In this document: positions 1 through 9,533 of the stretch, one piece after another
How the letters are laid out: the number at the start of each line of letters is the position of its first letter
Position numbering within the stretch: position 1 is the stretch's first letter
IMG/VR virus record: IMGVR_UViG_3300027769_000086
Coordinates: 1 to 33,365 of that record
Direction: 5' to 3' (one strand)
DNA from: a virus
Taxonomy: Duplodnaviria; Caudoviricetes
DNA: 33,365 nucleotides
Translations under genes and position numbers: made by a program
Notes under the pieces: generated by a model
What the model saw: the letters and a program-made list of their open reading frames with translations, nothing else
Databases searched by the model: none
What the model was told of the DNA's origin: nothing

Positions 1-335
1 TTTAAGATAGAATCAAATTCTGATGTTTTATCTCGCGGGTCTTTATCTTCAGCATCAATCCTTTCCCATTCTGCTTCTACTTTATCAATTCTTTCTTTAT
101 CAATTTGTGAGGCAATATTTCCAAATGTTTGTATAGATTGTGCAACCCCTCCAGCAATTTGACTAAGATTAGCAAACATAACTTCTTCGGACGATCTTGG
201 TAACTGGGCCATTTGACCTGGTTTAAATCCTCCACCCTGAAAGGAAGATGTCTTATAGTCAACAGGAGTTTGAGAAACTTGGTTTGGTGCAACTGGATTT
301 AGGTTTAATAGTTGTTGAATATTAACTTGAGACAT
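1..335 (-). CDS. Putative internal virion protein (gp15-like position), truncated by window edge; MSQVNIQQLLNLNPVAPNQVSQTPVDYKTSSFQGGGFKPGQ...
   Basis: Translated by hand: ATG at 335, 2 nt after the stop of the upstream gene, with an open frame to position 1. It is missing from the ORF track because it has no stop. The gp15 label rests only on its position after a gp14-like gene. Confidence 0.6.
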   Translation of the reverse strand, partial: MSQVNIQQLLNLNPVAPNQVSQTPVDYKTSSFQGGGFKPGQMAQLPRSSEEVMFANLSQIAGGVAQSIQTFGNIASQIDKERIDKVEAEWERIDAEDKDPRDKTSEFDSIL

Positions 336-337
336 TA

Positions 338-1087
338 TTATCTTCCTCCAACCGAACCGCCAGATGTTCGATTTGTATATGCATTATTAGATGAATTCCA
401 ACTGCTTGTAGTTGTACTTGTAGTTGTACTTGGAGTTGTCTGTGGACCCTTACCAAAACCAGTAGCGGCAAATGCAGAACCAATTTGAACAGCACCAGTA
501 ATTAAACCAGCTGTAGCATAACTATCGGTATCTTCAAATAGCGGACCTTGATCATATCCCTCAAGATTAGGCATAAATATATTTTCAGTTTGTTGAGACA
601 TTTGAGATGTAAACTGTCTATTGATATTATCCAACTCAACCTGATAATTTTTCTTAAGTTGGTTGGAATTATTTAAAGCATCTAATGTCTGTGCAATCGC
701 CAAGGATGAATATAAACCACTAGAAGAAGAAATGTTTTTTCCACTAAGGGCATTTAGTAAAGACGCAGAAGCTTGTGTCTGTTGTTTGCTAAGTTGCATT
801 TGCTGAAAAGTTGTGATATCTTTTAAACTTTGTGTAGATTCAAATTGAGTTCTATAAGCAGATTCAGCAATTGCAGAATTTCTTTTTAGTTGTTGAGCAA
901 AGTTATAAGCAGCTTGGAATTGTTCTCTAGAATTAGCAAAGGTTTTATTTGTATTACTTTGAATCCAGTTTCGATAAGCTTGTTCGTTTCGCTGCTTGGC
1001 TGCTGCTGATGCTGCTTGTCCTCCAAAGATAGAACTAAGTCCACTAGCAACCGCAGAACCAACAGCCATCATTGTCATTGGGTCCAT
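338..1087 (-). CDS. Internal virion (ejection) protein, T7 gp14-like
   Basis: N-terminus MDPMTMMAVGSAVASGLSSIFGGQAASAAAKQ.N, Q/A/S-rich helical body and Gly/Ala-rich C-terminus are typical of gp14-like proteins. SD AAGGAG upstream. Confidence 0.65.
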   Translation of the reverse strand: MDPMTMMAVGSAVASGLSSIFGGQAASAAAKQRNEQAYRNWIQSNTNKTFANSREQFQAAYNFAQQLKRNSAIAESAYRTQFESTQSLKDITTFQQMQLSKQQTQASASLLNALSGKNISSSSGLYSSLAIAQTLDALNNSNQLKKNYQVELDNINRQFTSQMSQQTENIFMPNLEGYDQGPLFEDTDSYATAGLITGAVQIGSAFAATGFGKGPQTTPSTTTSTTTSSWNSSNNAYTNRTSGGSVGGR

Positions 1088-1097
1088 GAATTACTCC

Positions 1098-2762
1098 TTA
1101 CCAGCCCCATTGGCTTTTACGATTTTTAGGTTTTTGATTAGTAGCAACAACCCGTGTAGCACCACTAGTTGGAGCGTAGTCACTGGCTCTAAAGTTATTA
1201 GACCAGTCCTTAACTCTTTTTTCCCACTCTTTCTTCTTATAGTCTTCCGTAGCCTTATCAGTATCGGTAGACATGTGGGCTTTATAATACTCTACGGCTG
1301 CTGACAGCACATCCACCCTATCGTCGTGCTTCAAAGCCCCTCGGCCTCTATGCAGTCTTGTTAATTGTATTTGATTATTCTGATCCTTGGCTGCCTTTCG
1401 TGACATGACTAGGCGATGCATAGCCATTACGGGCTCTAAGGTAGATATAATTCTTAATTCTTTTTGACCAGTTACCCTGTATTCCTCGACCCCAACTTGG
1501 TGGGGACAGTTCTTCATTAAGAATGGAATCAATACTTTAGTAAATAAACCATCACCAAAGTTAGACTCTACTCGGACTAAGGGTAATTGATATTCATTTA
1601 CAATCTTAGCAATCTTATTTAAAGTAGCATCGTCATAGCCACCTTGGATACCTAGGAGTTCATGAATAAATATAGTACCACTAAGGACTGAAGATACACA
1701 TAAGCCAGTCTCATCGGCTCCTCGGCCACTAGGGTCTATACTTAGGTGACTATGGTTGTATTTAAGATAATTATTACTAATGTACATAGGTTCTGAGATT
1801 AAATCCCCAGAGATACCAAAGTTAGGCATATCCTTTAGAGGATTCTGTCCTTGCCATACAATCTTATCTGGACCGATCTCTGGATCTAGATCCATGACTA
1901 TTAGATCTCTAAGCTTTAATGGATACCTGTCAGCATCAGCAAGGGAGGTTACCAGCTTGTATTGCAAGGCATAGTGACTAGGGCCGATTTTAGCCCGTCT
2001 GGAGCCAAGCTCATCCTTGTTGAACCGTTCGGGCTGGGTAGCCTCCCCTGGCTCTATATCCAATCCTAGGACCCAAGGAGCCACCTCCTCCATCTCGGCT
2101 GGAATGGATGGATCAGGCATTTCAGCAGGATACTTGATCATGGGGTATGATTCCTTGAGAACATTGTAAACTGAGTCTTGGTAATGGGGGGTACCTAGGA
2201 AAATAACCCTTGAGCCTTTATTTCTAATAGACTCTAATTCTGCTAGTTTCTTAAGTAATGTTTCTTTACCTACTGGAGTTTCATTCTTACCCGCAATCTC
2301 AATGTCGTCTAGAACTACACGGTCAGCGTGTAGACCTGTGATCTGTCCTGTGATACCTCTGGCAGCACAGTTTAGATCCTGTGTAAACTTGGTTCTAACC
2401 GCTAGGTTAAAACCAAGGGCATTGTCTTTATCCTCATCCCGTGGAACCATATACTTGCAATATGGCACCACTGACAGGATCTTTCTAGCCTGGGAAACAA
2501 AGTCTATAGCCTTGCCTTGGGTATTAGATAATACTAGGAAGGTTAGGTTAGGGTCCTTAAGCCATTCCCAGCTGGCTAGACAAGCGGTAATGGTAGACTT
2601 ACCAGTACCTCGTCCTGCAGCTATAATGGCATCTGAGGGACCTTCTTGAATCTCTCGGGCTAGTTCATACTGAATTTTGGTAGGCTCCCCAAGGCCAAGA
2701 TGCTTAAAGCAAAAGTACAAGTGGTTTCTAAAATCATCAATAACTTCTTGGGGAACCTTCAT
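1098..2762 (-). CDS. terL: Terminase large subunit (T7 gp19-like)
   Basis: Walker A AGRGTGKST, Walker B VVLDDIE, GTP motif, and nuclease motifs SIDPSGRGADET, ESNFGDG and HDDRVD. Confidence 0.97.
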   Translation of the reverse strand: MKVPQEVIDDFRNHLYFCFKHLGLGEPTKIQYELAREIQEGPSDAIIAAGRGTGKSTITACLASWEWLKDPNLTFLVLSNTQGKAIDFVSQARKILSVVPYCKYMVPRDEDKDNALGFNLAVRTKFTQDLNCAARGITGQITGLHADRVVLDDIEIAGKNETPVGKETLLKKLAELESIRNKGSRVIFLGTPHYQDSVYNVLKESYPMIKYPAEMPDPSIPAEMEEVAPWVLGLDIEPGEATQPERFNKDELGSRRAKIGPSHYALQYKLVTSLADADRYPLKLRDLIVMDLDPEIGPDKIVWQGQNPLKDMPNFGISGDLISEPMYISNNYLKYNHSHLSIDPSGRGADETGLCVSSVLSGTIFIHELLGIQGGYDDATLNKIAKIVNEYQLPLVRVESNFGDGLFTKVLIPFLMKNCPHQVGVEEYRVTGQKELRIISTLEPVMAMHRLVMSRKAAKDQNNQIQLTRLHRGRGALKHDDRVDVLSAAVEYYKAHMSTDTDKATEDYKKKEWEKRVKDWSNNFRASDYAPTSGATRVVATNQKPKNRKSQWGW

Positions 2763-2983
2763 CAGTATGCTGCTTTCTTAATCTTGAATGGTACGGCATC
2801 CTTCATGGCTGCTTCGACTGCTTCTATAGTTTCGTTAGGAATGGTATTAACCTTATCCTTGTGATCGCTAAGGATACCGCGTACAACGGTGTAAAGTCCT
2901 GGTGTACGGCGGTCTGGATCGTTTAGGTCGCTGATTAGACAGTCTAACAGCTTCTCCTGCATGTCATTTAACTTTTCTTTCAT
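2762..2983 (-). CDS. terS: Terminase small subunit (T7 gp18-like)
   Basis: 73-aa helical protein immediately upstream of TerL with a TGATG overlap. SD AAGGAG. Confidence 0.7.
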   Translation of the reverse strand: MKEKLNDMQEKLLDCLISDLNDPDRRTPGLYTVVRGILSDHKDKVNTIPNETIEAVEAAMKDAVPFKIKKAAY

Positions 2984-2984
2984 A

Positions 2985-3326
2985 TTAATTCTCCTTAATT
3001 AGTGGTGCAATTTCACTGACGTAAGATGGTGGAACACAGTACCAACCCTCAGGAATGGTGACGGGGGCTGCTGATAAATGCCATTCCTGATTCTGTAATG
3101 TATAAATCCAAACCTTACAGTTGGGTCCCAGTCTGATTGGGCTTCCCTCCTGCACCAACACTGTTCTGCTGCCGCATCCATTCATCAATCCTAGAACCAG
3201 CGCGACGAAGACGAGGTATATCCACAGTGGAATCCACAGCCATCCTGCCTTGCTCAATCCTCTTAGAAAGATATTCAAACAATGCGAAAGCAATTGCCAT
3301 AATGATTCTATCAAGCATTGGTTCAT
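2985..3326 (-). CDS. Putative outer-membrane lipoprotein / o-spanin (Rz1-like); start uncertain
   Basis: Hydrophobic stretch ending in lipobox-like LVLGLMNG-C, then a short Pro-containing mature domain (GSRTVLVQEGSPIRLG...IPEGWYCVPP). Overlaps another ORF inside the lysis region. Confidence 0.55.
   Translation of the reverse strand: MNQCLIESLWQLLSHCLNIFLRGLSKAGWLWIPLWIYLVFVALVLGLMNGCGSRTVLVQEGSPIRLGPNCKVWIYTLQNQEWHLSAAPVTIPEGWYCVPPSYVSEIAPLIKEN
3115..3318 (-). CDS. Putative i-spanin (Rz-like) membrane-anchored protein, MLDRIIMAIAFALFEYLSKR...
   Basis: N-terminal hydrophobic helix and charged tail. ATG at 3318 just after the holin-like stop. Overlaps the lipoprotein ORF in another frame. Confidence 0.45.
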   Translation of the reverse strand: MLDRIIMAIAFALFEYLSKRIEQGRMAVDSTVDIPRLRRAGSRIDEWMRQQNSVGAGGKPNQTGTQL

Positions 3327-3517
3327 GGAGCTGGGGTTTCTGCTGAATTCTTAGCATCCTTAGCTAGAACTAGACCAATACCAGCAATGACTGCGGCTAC
3401 GGCTGTAGTAAAGTCAGCAGTGGTAGCTGGATCACCATCAAACATAGCGGTGAGAACACCACCTACTGCAACGAGAATAGCACCAATACCAGCAATAGTT
3501 GTATTACGATTATTCAT
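3323..3517 (-). CDS. Putative holin (2 TM helices)
   Basis: 64 aa with two hydrophobic segments (TTIAGIGAILVAVGGVL; AVAAVIAGIGLVLAKD), located between tail fibre and terminase like T7 gp17.5. Confidence 0.6.
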   Translation of the reverse strand: MNNRNTTIAGIGAILVAVGGVLTAMFDGDPATTADFTTAVAAVIAGIGLVLAKDAKNSAETPAP

Positions 3518-3774
3518 AGTTTTTTCCTTTCGAGTTCAATTACTCTTTGTTTTAAATCATCCAGCATTGCACCATGCTTTGCGTCATTGGATGATACCTG
3601 AATCTGGGCTTTTACCAAATCTTGAACAATTGTTTTTAGTTCTGTTAGATCTTTGTCTGTTTTATCTATAAGTTGGGATCGTTTGCCAATGTCAATAAAG
3701 AAGCCACCAACACCAGCGGCTAAAACAAATAACTGTAGAATTTGTATTAAATCTTGTTTTTTCTCCTGTGGCAT
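3514..3774 (-). CDS. Single-TM coiled-coil membrane protein (lysis-cassette associated)
   Basis: Likely start MPQEKK at 3774 with SD AAGGA (the ORF-track start at 3873 overlaps the fibre gene). TM ILQLFVLAAGVGGFFI followed by heptad-like repeats. Confidence 0.6.
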   Translation of the reverse strand: MPQEKKQDLIQILQLFVLAAGVGGFFIDIGKRSQLIDKTDKDLTELKTIVQDLVKAQIQVSSNDAKHGAMLDDLKQRVIELERKKL

Positions 3775-3791
3775 AGATGTATTCCTTGATT

Positions 3792-6755
3792 TTAAGCACT
3801 GGTATTCCATAGACCCCCGGCATTTACCAATGAAGTAGTTCCATCGGTATTTAAAATAGACATACGAATCCAAAGGTTACTTGGAATTCCTAAACGAGTA
3901 AACTTTACAGCACATTCGTTACGGCCAGCAACAGCTATTTCTTTGGCATTATAAGTGTTAGCACTTATATTATCTATTCCGACACCGTAATCAGTACCTT
4001 GAGGAGATGTAAATAAATCATTTTCTAGGTAAAATGTCCAAGGTCCTAGGTCTTTATCTACATCTACAGCACCAGACCCATTTTCATAAACCAATGGTTG
4101 TCCAGTAATAGGAGCACGGAATACTTTGGCATATCCAATTGCCTTTAATCTTGGTACACTTATACATAGATTTACAACATATTGCCTGTCTCCAGATGTT
4201 CCAGTTTTGTATTCAAAGTGTTCACTTTGAACAAAAACCTTAACATCATTTTTATTTAGTCGAGATCGTGCTCTTTGAATTTCCAGTGGTGTTGCGTTTT
4301 TACGATAAATTTCGGATAACGTACCATTAGATGTGCTTGTTAGTGCATTATTTGGATGCTCATTAAAACCATGTTCAAGTATAATTGCACTAGAAATAGT
4401 TGCTGATCCTGCTTTATTAAACACACTAAATAATTCATCTTTTATTACAACCCTAAATACATATTCATCTCTAGGATCAGGAACAAAGTTAGAAGCAGTA
4501 GAGAATACGTTATTGCTATCTAAATTAAAGTAATGAGTACCAATTGTACCAGATAAAGACCCAGCATTTCCTGTTTTAGTATACCAATTAGGTCGGTATA
4601 ACCAAGGCGAAACATTAGATTTATTTAACTCATCTGGAGTTCCACTAGTAGCAATATCATTTCCATGAGTTATTGTGGTTTCTAGTTCAATTGATCTTAA
4701 TGTATCCGTTGGTCCAACATTTTGAACATACCAATCAATATCGGCTTCATTGTATTTATAGAGACTTGGATTACTGTCCCAAGCTTTACACCAATTTCCC
4801 CAGAACGAGTTGGATTTATAAATACTTCCCATACCCGCTTCAGATAGTGTACTTTGTGTTGTTAAAGTAGCAGGGTACAATAAATCCCCAGAGCCGTTAA
4901 ATCTTACATCTTGTGAAAACGTACTTCCGTTTGGTTCAGTAGTTCCAATATTTGTAATTGGCCAAGTATTACCTCCAGTATTTAAAGTTGTAGTATAACT
5001 TGGGTGAAAAGCCATTGCAAGTTTATTATAATATACCATTTGCTTAGGTATTTTAAACAAACAGTTTTGGGCAAGATCAGATGATTCTAATCTTTTATAT
5101 GAAACATCTTCAATTCCTAGATAATCAGCATTTAGTAAATGTGCCTTGCTTAATCTAGAGTTATAATCCTGGTGTAAATTACTTGATGTAGCTGATAATC
5201 CCGCCCTTGCTCCAGCAAAAGCATAGTCTCTTAGTGCTGTAAGGTATTCATCCCGATAAGTAGGACTTATTGGCGTTGTCATGTTTATTAGATTGATGTT
5301 AGATGTAGTTGTAAATGTAGTTGCAGTGTGCGTAACTGGTATATTACACCAAGCGGTTGTATAGCATTCTGGAACATTCAAATAAAACCCACTAGCTTTA
5401 ATCCCTTTTCCGTAAAGCTTTGAAATCCTTGTTCCATTGTCTACAGAAAAATATGCATTTTGCTTATATAGTAAAGACCCGGATGTGGTAACACCGTGAT
5501 ATTCCAAACTATCTATTGATGTCCACATGCTAGCGTGATAGAGTTCATGTGGCGAATCCCAAAAAGCAATCTTAAAATTAGTTAATGCTTCACTTGTAGT
5601 ACCATCTACAATAGTTGCTGTTGATTCCATATTTCTAGCTAAATTCCAATATAACTGAACTTTAACTGGATTAGCTAAGCTTGCAGCAAAATTATTAATT
5701 TGCGTATTTACATTGTTAAAGAATGCTACAGGATCTTGTTCAGAAGGAATTATTTTTTTTAGGATATGATAAACTGTTGGAGCATGTGTTAAAACATATT
5801 CATTAGATTCATTTTTAAATATATCTAGTGCTGCTGGTGCACTAATTGCTGTTTCACCGTTAGAATAAGATTGATCTGTATTATTTCCTTGTCGATTATA
5901 GAAAGTAAAGTCTTTAAACTTTAAATTATTTGCTCTAATATCTACACTTGGTAGATAATTTTTCCATTTGGAAACTAAACTATCGTATACTAAGATATGT
6001 GTATCTTCAGCATTAGTAATAATTACATCTTGTAAATTATCAATAAGTCCACCGATGGTACCAGCTTCAAACTTAGTTCCATTCCAAACTAGACTATAGC
6101 CATTACTTACTCCAGTAAGATCAAAACGAACAGGACCACCTAAGTTTTCTCCACCTTGAATAACAAATCCATTAGTAACGAAGTTTACTGGGGTCCAATA
6201 CGTTGCATTTGGCGGTGTTTGATTAGTGTGAGCTTGGATGCATTGATAAACTACATTGCTTGATGTAACGTAGTTACCAACAACATAGGCTGTACCTGAG
6301 TTCCATGCTACAACATTAGCCGCTACTGGATAGTAATGATTATTGACTGAACCAACCCATTCTTTTTCTTGACCTAGGAATAATAATTGATACAAAGACC
6401 CATTTAATTGTCCTGCGGTAATCTTAGCTCCATCTACAAACTCAAATAACATCTTGTCATTTGGGGTGCATCTTCTAACTACTACCTGACCAGAAGCTGG
6501 TGCATTGATAAGATTGATTGTTTCTAATTGTACGTTTACAGTATAGTCAATGTCCAAGGTAAGTTTGGTTTCGGCAGCCCCTGCACTTGCTCTTGTGTAG
6601 ACACACAATTGATCTTCTGCTGGGATCTCGCACATTCTTGCAATAGCAGCAAATGAATAAGTAGATCCAACTGAATATACTTTTTCGACTGCCCACTGCC
6701 CAGCATTAGGCGAATAGTAAATAGGCTCACTGGATGAATAGTTATAGCAGGGCAT
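3792..6755 (-). CDS. Tail fibre protein (T7 gp17-like N-terminus, CBM5/12-like module)
   Basis: N-terminal adaptor pattern (DYTV...APASGQVVVRRCTP...FVDGAKITAGQLN...QLLFLGQE) resembles the T7 fibre N-domain. AWNSGTAYVVGNYV...VYQCIQAHT..PP..YW resembles a CBM5/12 chitin-binding module. Follows tail tube B. Confidence 0.85.
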   Translation of the reverse strand: MPCYNYSSSEPIYYSPNAGQWAVEKVYSVGSTYSFAAIARMCEIPAEDQLCVYTRASAGAAETKLTLDIDYTVNVQLETINLINAPASGQVVVRRCTPNDKMLFEFVDGAKITAGQLNGSLYQLLFLGQEKEWVGSVNNHYYPVAANVVAWNSGTAYVVGNYVTSSNVVYQCIQAHTNQTPPNATYWTPVNFVTNGFVIQGGENLGGPVRFDLTGVSNGYSLVWNGTKFEAGTIGGLIDNLQDVIITNAEDTHILVYDSLVSKWKNYLPSVDIRANNLKFKDFTFYNRQGNNTDQSYSNGETAISAPAALDIFKNESNEYVLTHAPTVYHILKKIIPSEQDPVAFFNNVNTQINNFAASLANPVKVQLYWNLARNMESTATIVDGTTSEALTNFKIAFWDSPHELYHASMWTSIDSLEYHGVTTSGSLLYKQNAYFSVDNGTRISKLYGKGIKASGFYLNVPECYTTAWCNIPVTHTATTFTTTSNINLINMTTPISPTYRDEYLTALRDYAFAGARAGLSATSSNLHQDYNSRLSKAHLLNADYLGIEDVSYKRLESSDLAQNCLFKIPKQMVYYNKLAMAFHPSYTTTLNTGGNTWPITNIGTTEPNGSTFSQDVRFNGSGDLLYPATLTTQSTLSEAGMGSIYKSNSFWGNWCKAWDSNPSLYKYNEADIDWYVQNVGPTDTLRSIELETTITHGNDIATSGTPDELNKSNVSPWLYRPNWYTKTGNAGSLSGTIGTHYFNLDSNNVFSTASNFVPDPRDEYVFRVVIKDELFSVFNKAGSATISSAIILEHGFNEHPNNALTSTSNGTLSEIYRKNATPLEIQRARSRLNKNDVKVFVQSEHFEYKTGTSGDRQYVVNLCISVPRLKAIGYAKVFRAPITGQPLVYENGSGAVDVDKDLGPWTFYLENDLFTSPQGTDYGVGIDNISANTYNAKEIAVAGRNECAVKFTRLGIPSNLWIRMSILNTDGTTSLVNAGGLWNTSA

Positions 6756-6764
6756 TGGTTCTCC

Positions 6765-9533
6765 TTATTCAATACTTGTATTCAATCTTCTAAAGTTACA
6801 AGCTAGTTCAATATTTGAAATATTACATGGTGTTGGATATGCAGATTGTATGTAGATCTTGCAAGCTTCCGAGTAAGATAGGATCTTAACTAGGTGCTCA
6901 CCTACGCTGTCGATCTTTAGTTGATCGTTTCTAGATAACAAGCTATTAATATCCGTGGGATAGAATGTAACCTTTTCGTCAATCCTACCTCTTCGGTTTA
7001 CTATGATATCGTAAGAACCTGAATTATAATGTCTAAAGGTTGCCTTCTTGATGTTAAGGACACCTTCATAAACAGTTGATGGATCATCAGAACTACGTTG
7101 AACCTGTTGAGATAATTCAATATTCATTAAATAAGAATGACCTACATATACAGGATTAGCTGTATAATTACCCGTTACAATAACTTGGGTTTTTACAATA
7201 CCACCATCTGTAATAGTATTTAAAGAAACAGGATTAATTTTTATAGTAGTATAAGCTTGTGTACCCCAAGCAGGACCTAAAACCAAGTAATTTATTTCTG
7301 GATCATAGTGTGGCAACAAGAAAGTTGTAGCATTGTTAACTGAAGAATAAGTTGCAGCTGAAGTTGGAAGCAAAGTAAGCCAATCTAACATAGGCGTACT
7401 TACAGATACGGTTTCTAAAGAAGTATAATAGACTACCAGTTTATTTACATTTGGCGTTCCTGAGTAACGTTTAGAAACGGTATAAAGATCTTTTTCATAG
7501 GCTTTCAGACTTAAGATATTATCATTATTAGATAAGATCCACCTATAGTATGCGTTTTGAATGATTTTTTCACCATTGGTTCTAAAGGTAAAGAAGTAAA
7601 CATTATTTGTATCATTTGCATCTACAAACATTATTGAATTGGTTGCAGAGTTAGTTGTAATTGCACCAAAATTTGTTGGGATGTATCCCTTACAGTGAGT
7701 ACTCATATCCATAGAAGTTGAAAATTCATCATTAAATGCACTACCGCTAAGGTACATATACAATCTACCAGAATCCATAAAGAAGATATTATTACCCATC
7801 TTTTGTGGTTCGACAAGTTTGGATGTACTGTAGAACGACGTAGGACGTAGTTCAACATTGAAAGCCGAGATACCAGTATCAATAGAACCACCTCTAATTT
7901 CAAACTGTACTGAACCAGAGCTAGCTACAAACATAATTGTCTGGAATGGGACAATATAGCTTAGTTTGTTATAAGCACCTATGGTTGATTGGATATCAAT
8001 AGGATCTGTTTCTACGATGTTTTGGACATCATCAATCCAGAAATTATAAAAACTATTGGTTCTTGATGCCAATAAGGTACTGTCTGTAGCAATCCATAAT
8101 CTATTTTTCCAGAAGGCTACTGATTGTACCTTTTCTTTTCTTTCTAAAGCTTTAGGACCTGGGTTGCTAAGGGCAGTTCCAGCTCGTCTAGGAAGCAATG
8201 GCATATGCTTTACGCGCCACTTGCCATCTGTAGCTGTGTCTTTGTAAATGATAATTGGGAATCGTCTATGGTCAAATACCGAATTAGCTTCTTCTGTTCT
8301 TAATCTTTCAAAATATGGATTTTTACCATACCTTGTAGCTCTATAGAAAGATGGGGGGAAAGTTAGGTAAGGATTCCTAGCATAGTAAACCTTGCCAAAT
8401 CCATTATATGTTGTTTGACCATCTCTATCTACTTTTGGAAGTGGAGAAGATTGGTGGTAATGGTCTTTACCAAAGTCTATACTTCCACCAACAATTGGTA
8501 TAATTCTAGGATTATCATAATAATGGTTAATCATTCTTTGTGCTTTATATCCATTAGCATCTTGAACATCAGCTTGAACTTCTGTAGCAGGATACTGAGG
8601 GATTAGACTAAAATCATTTAAACTTTGTCCTCTTTCTTCCTCTTCCTGTGTTTGTGAATTAACATAGAATTCAATGTCATCCCTAACGTTTTTCCAATAT
8701 AAAGTAAGTTGATTAATATCATCTTCATAACTTGGATTTGGAGAACTCGGAGCAACAGTTACTTTATAGTTGACTACATCTCCAGAATGAATATATTCAT
8801 TTGTAGCTTGAGATGAAATCCAACTATTGGCAGCAACTAATTCTTTGGAACCGTTGTCAGGTAGGTAATCCAATGGAATTAGTTTATTCCACAATAACAA
8901 TCCAACATCAAGATCAATGGATCCAAATGTATCTTTAATTGACGTAGGAGCTAGTGAATAGGTTTGATTAGCTACTCTATATGTAGCTGTTACGTTTTTA
9001 TTACCAAATGTCAAATACTCAAATACACTGCGTGTAAAGCCACTTGTGTTTCCAACAACACCAGCTACAATATCAACGGTTTCTTCAATCCATTCAGTTG
9101 GTTCAATCCTAAATACCGTAATAAATGTATTTAAATTAATTGTAACAGCAGAACCACCTTGTGGTGTATATGTATATACTTTTGTTACACTTGGATCAAA
9201 AGTATAAGCTGCTCTGTTGATAATAATACAATAACGATTATATCCATCAATATCTAAATAATGGAAATAAAGATTATCTGGGTTAAAATTAGTAGACTCC
9301 CCAGTTAAAAAGGTAGTTGGGGGGTCTACATAATTTAGTGGCAAGTAGGAACCTTGTGGAGCTCCATTCTTTGTATACGCAATTTGTGTCATTGGAGGTC
9401 GCTTTTCGACAGACTTCTCAAGTGATACCAAGCAGTTGTCTAGATTCTCCGCTTCACTAATTAAGCGTTTTGTTGGTGCTTGGCGGCCTACGCCACCACT
9501 CAGGGTATTAATTGGAAGTCTTGTAAAAGCCAT
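6765..9533 (-). CDS. Tail tubular protein B / nozzle (T7 gp12-like)
   Basis: Starts INTLSGGVGRQAP...VEKRPP, with FWKNRLW, SRTNSFYNFW and ETDPID motifs of gp12 homologues. TAATG-coupled to gp11. Confidence 0.92.
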   Translation of the reverse strand: MAFTRLPINTLSGGVGRQAPTKRLISEAENLDNCLVSLEKSVEKRPPMTQIAYTKNGAPQGSYLPLNYVDPPTTFLTGESTNFNPDNLYFHYLDIDGYNRYCIIINRAAYTFDPSVTKVYTYTPQGGSAVTINLNTFITVFRIEPTEWIEETVDIVAGVVGNTSGFTRSVFEYLTFGNKNVTATYRVANQTYSLAPTSIKDTFGSIDLDVGLLLWNKLIPLDYLPDNGSKELVAANSWISSQATNEYIHSGDVVNYKVTVAPSSPNPSYEDDINQLTLYWKNVRDDIEFYVNSQTQEEEERGQSLNDFSLIPQYPATEVQADVQDANGYKAQRMINHYYDNPRIIPIVGGSIDFGKDHYHQSSPLPKVDRDGQTTYNGFGKVYYARNPYLTFPPSFYRATRYGKNPYFERLRTEEANSVFDHRRFPIIIYKDTATDGKWRVKHMPLLPRRAGTALSNPGPKALERKEKVQSVAFWKNRLWIATDSTLLASRTNSFYNFWIDDVQNIVETDPIDIQSTIGAYNKLSYIVPFQTIMFVASSGSVQFEIRGGSIDTGISAFNVELRPTSFYSTSKLVEPQKMGNNIFFMDSGRLYMYLSGSAFNDEFSTSMDMSTHCKGYIPTNFGAITTNSATNSIMFVDANDTNNVYFFTFRTNGEKIIQNAYYRWILSNNDNILSLKAYEKDLYTVSKRYSGTPNVNKLVVYYTSLETVSVSTPMLDWLTLLPTSAATYSSVNNATTFLLPHYDPEINYLVLGPAWGTQAYTTIKINPVSLNTITDGGIVKTQVIVTGNYTANPVYVGHSYLMNIELSQQVQRSSDDPSTVYEGVLNIKKATFRHYNSGSYDIIVNRRGRIDEKVTFYPTDINSLLSRNDQLKIDSVGEHLVKILSYSEACKIYIQSAYPTPCNISNIELACNFRRLNTSIE

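Noticed and set aside
77-292. 71-aa minus-strand ORF
   Set aside because: It is out of frame inside the longer ORF that starts at 335 and runs off the window.
405-440. Three tandem 12-nt repeats (CTTGTAGTTGTA-like)
   Set aside because: They encode a Thr/Ser linker in the gp14-like protein; ordinary coding low complexity, not CRISPR-like.
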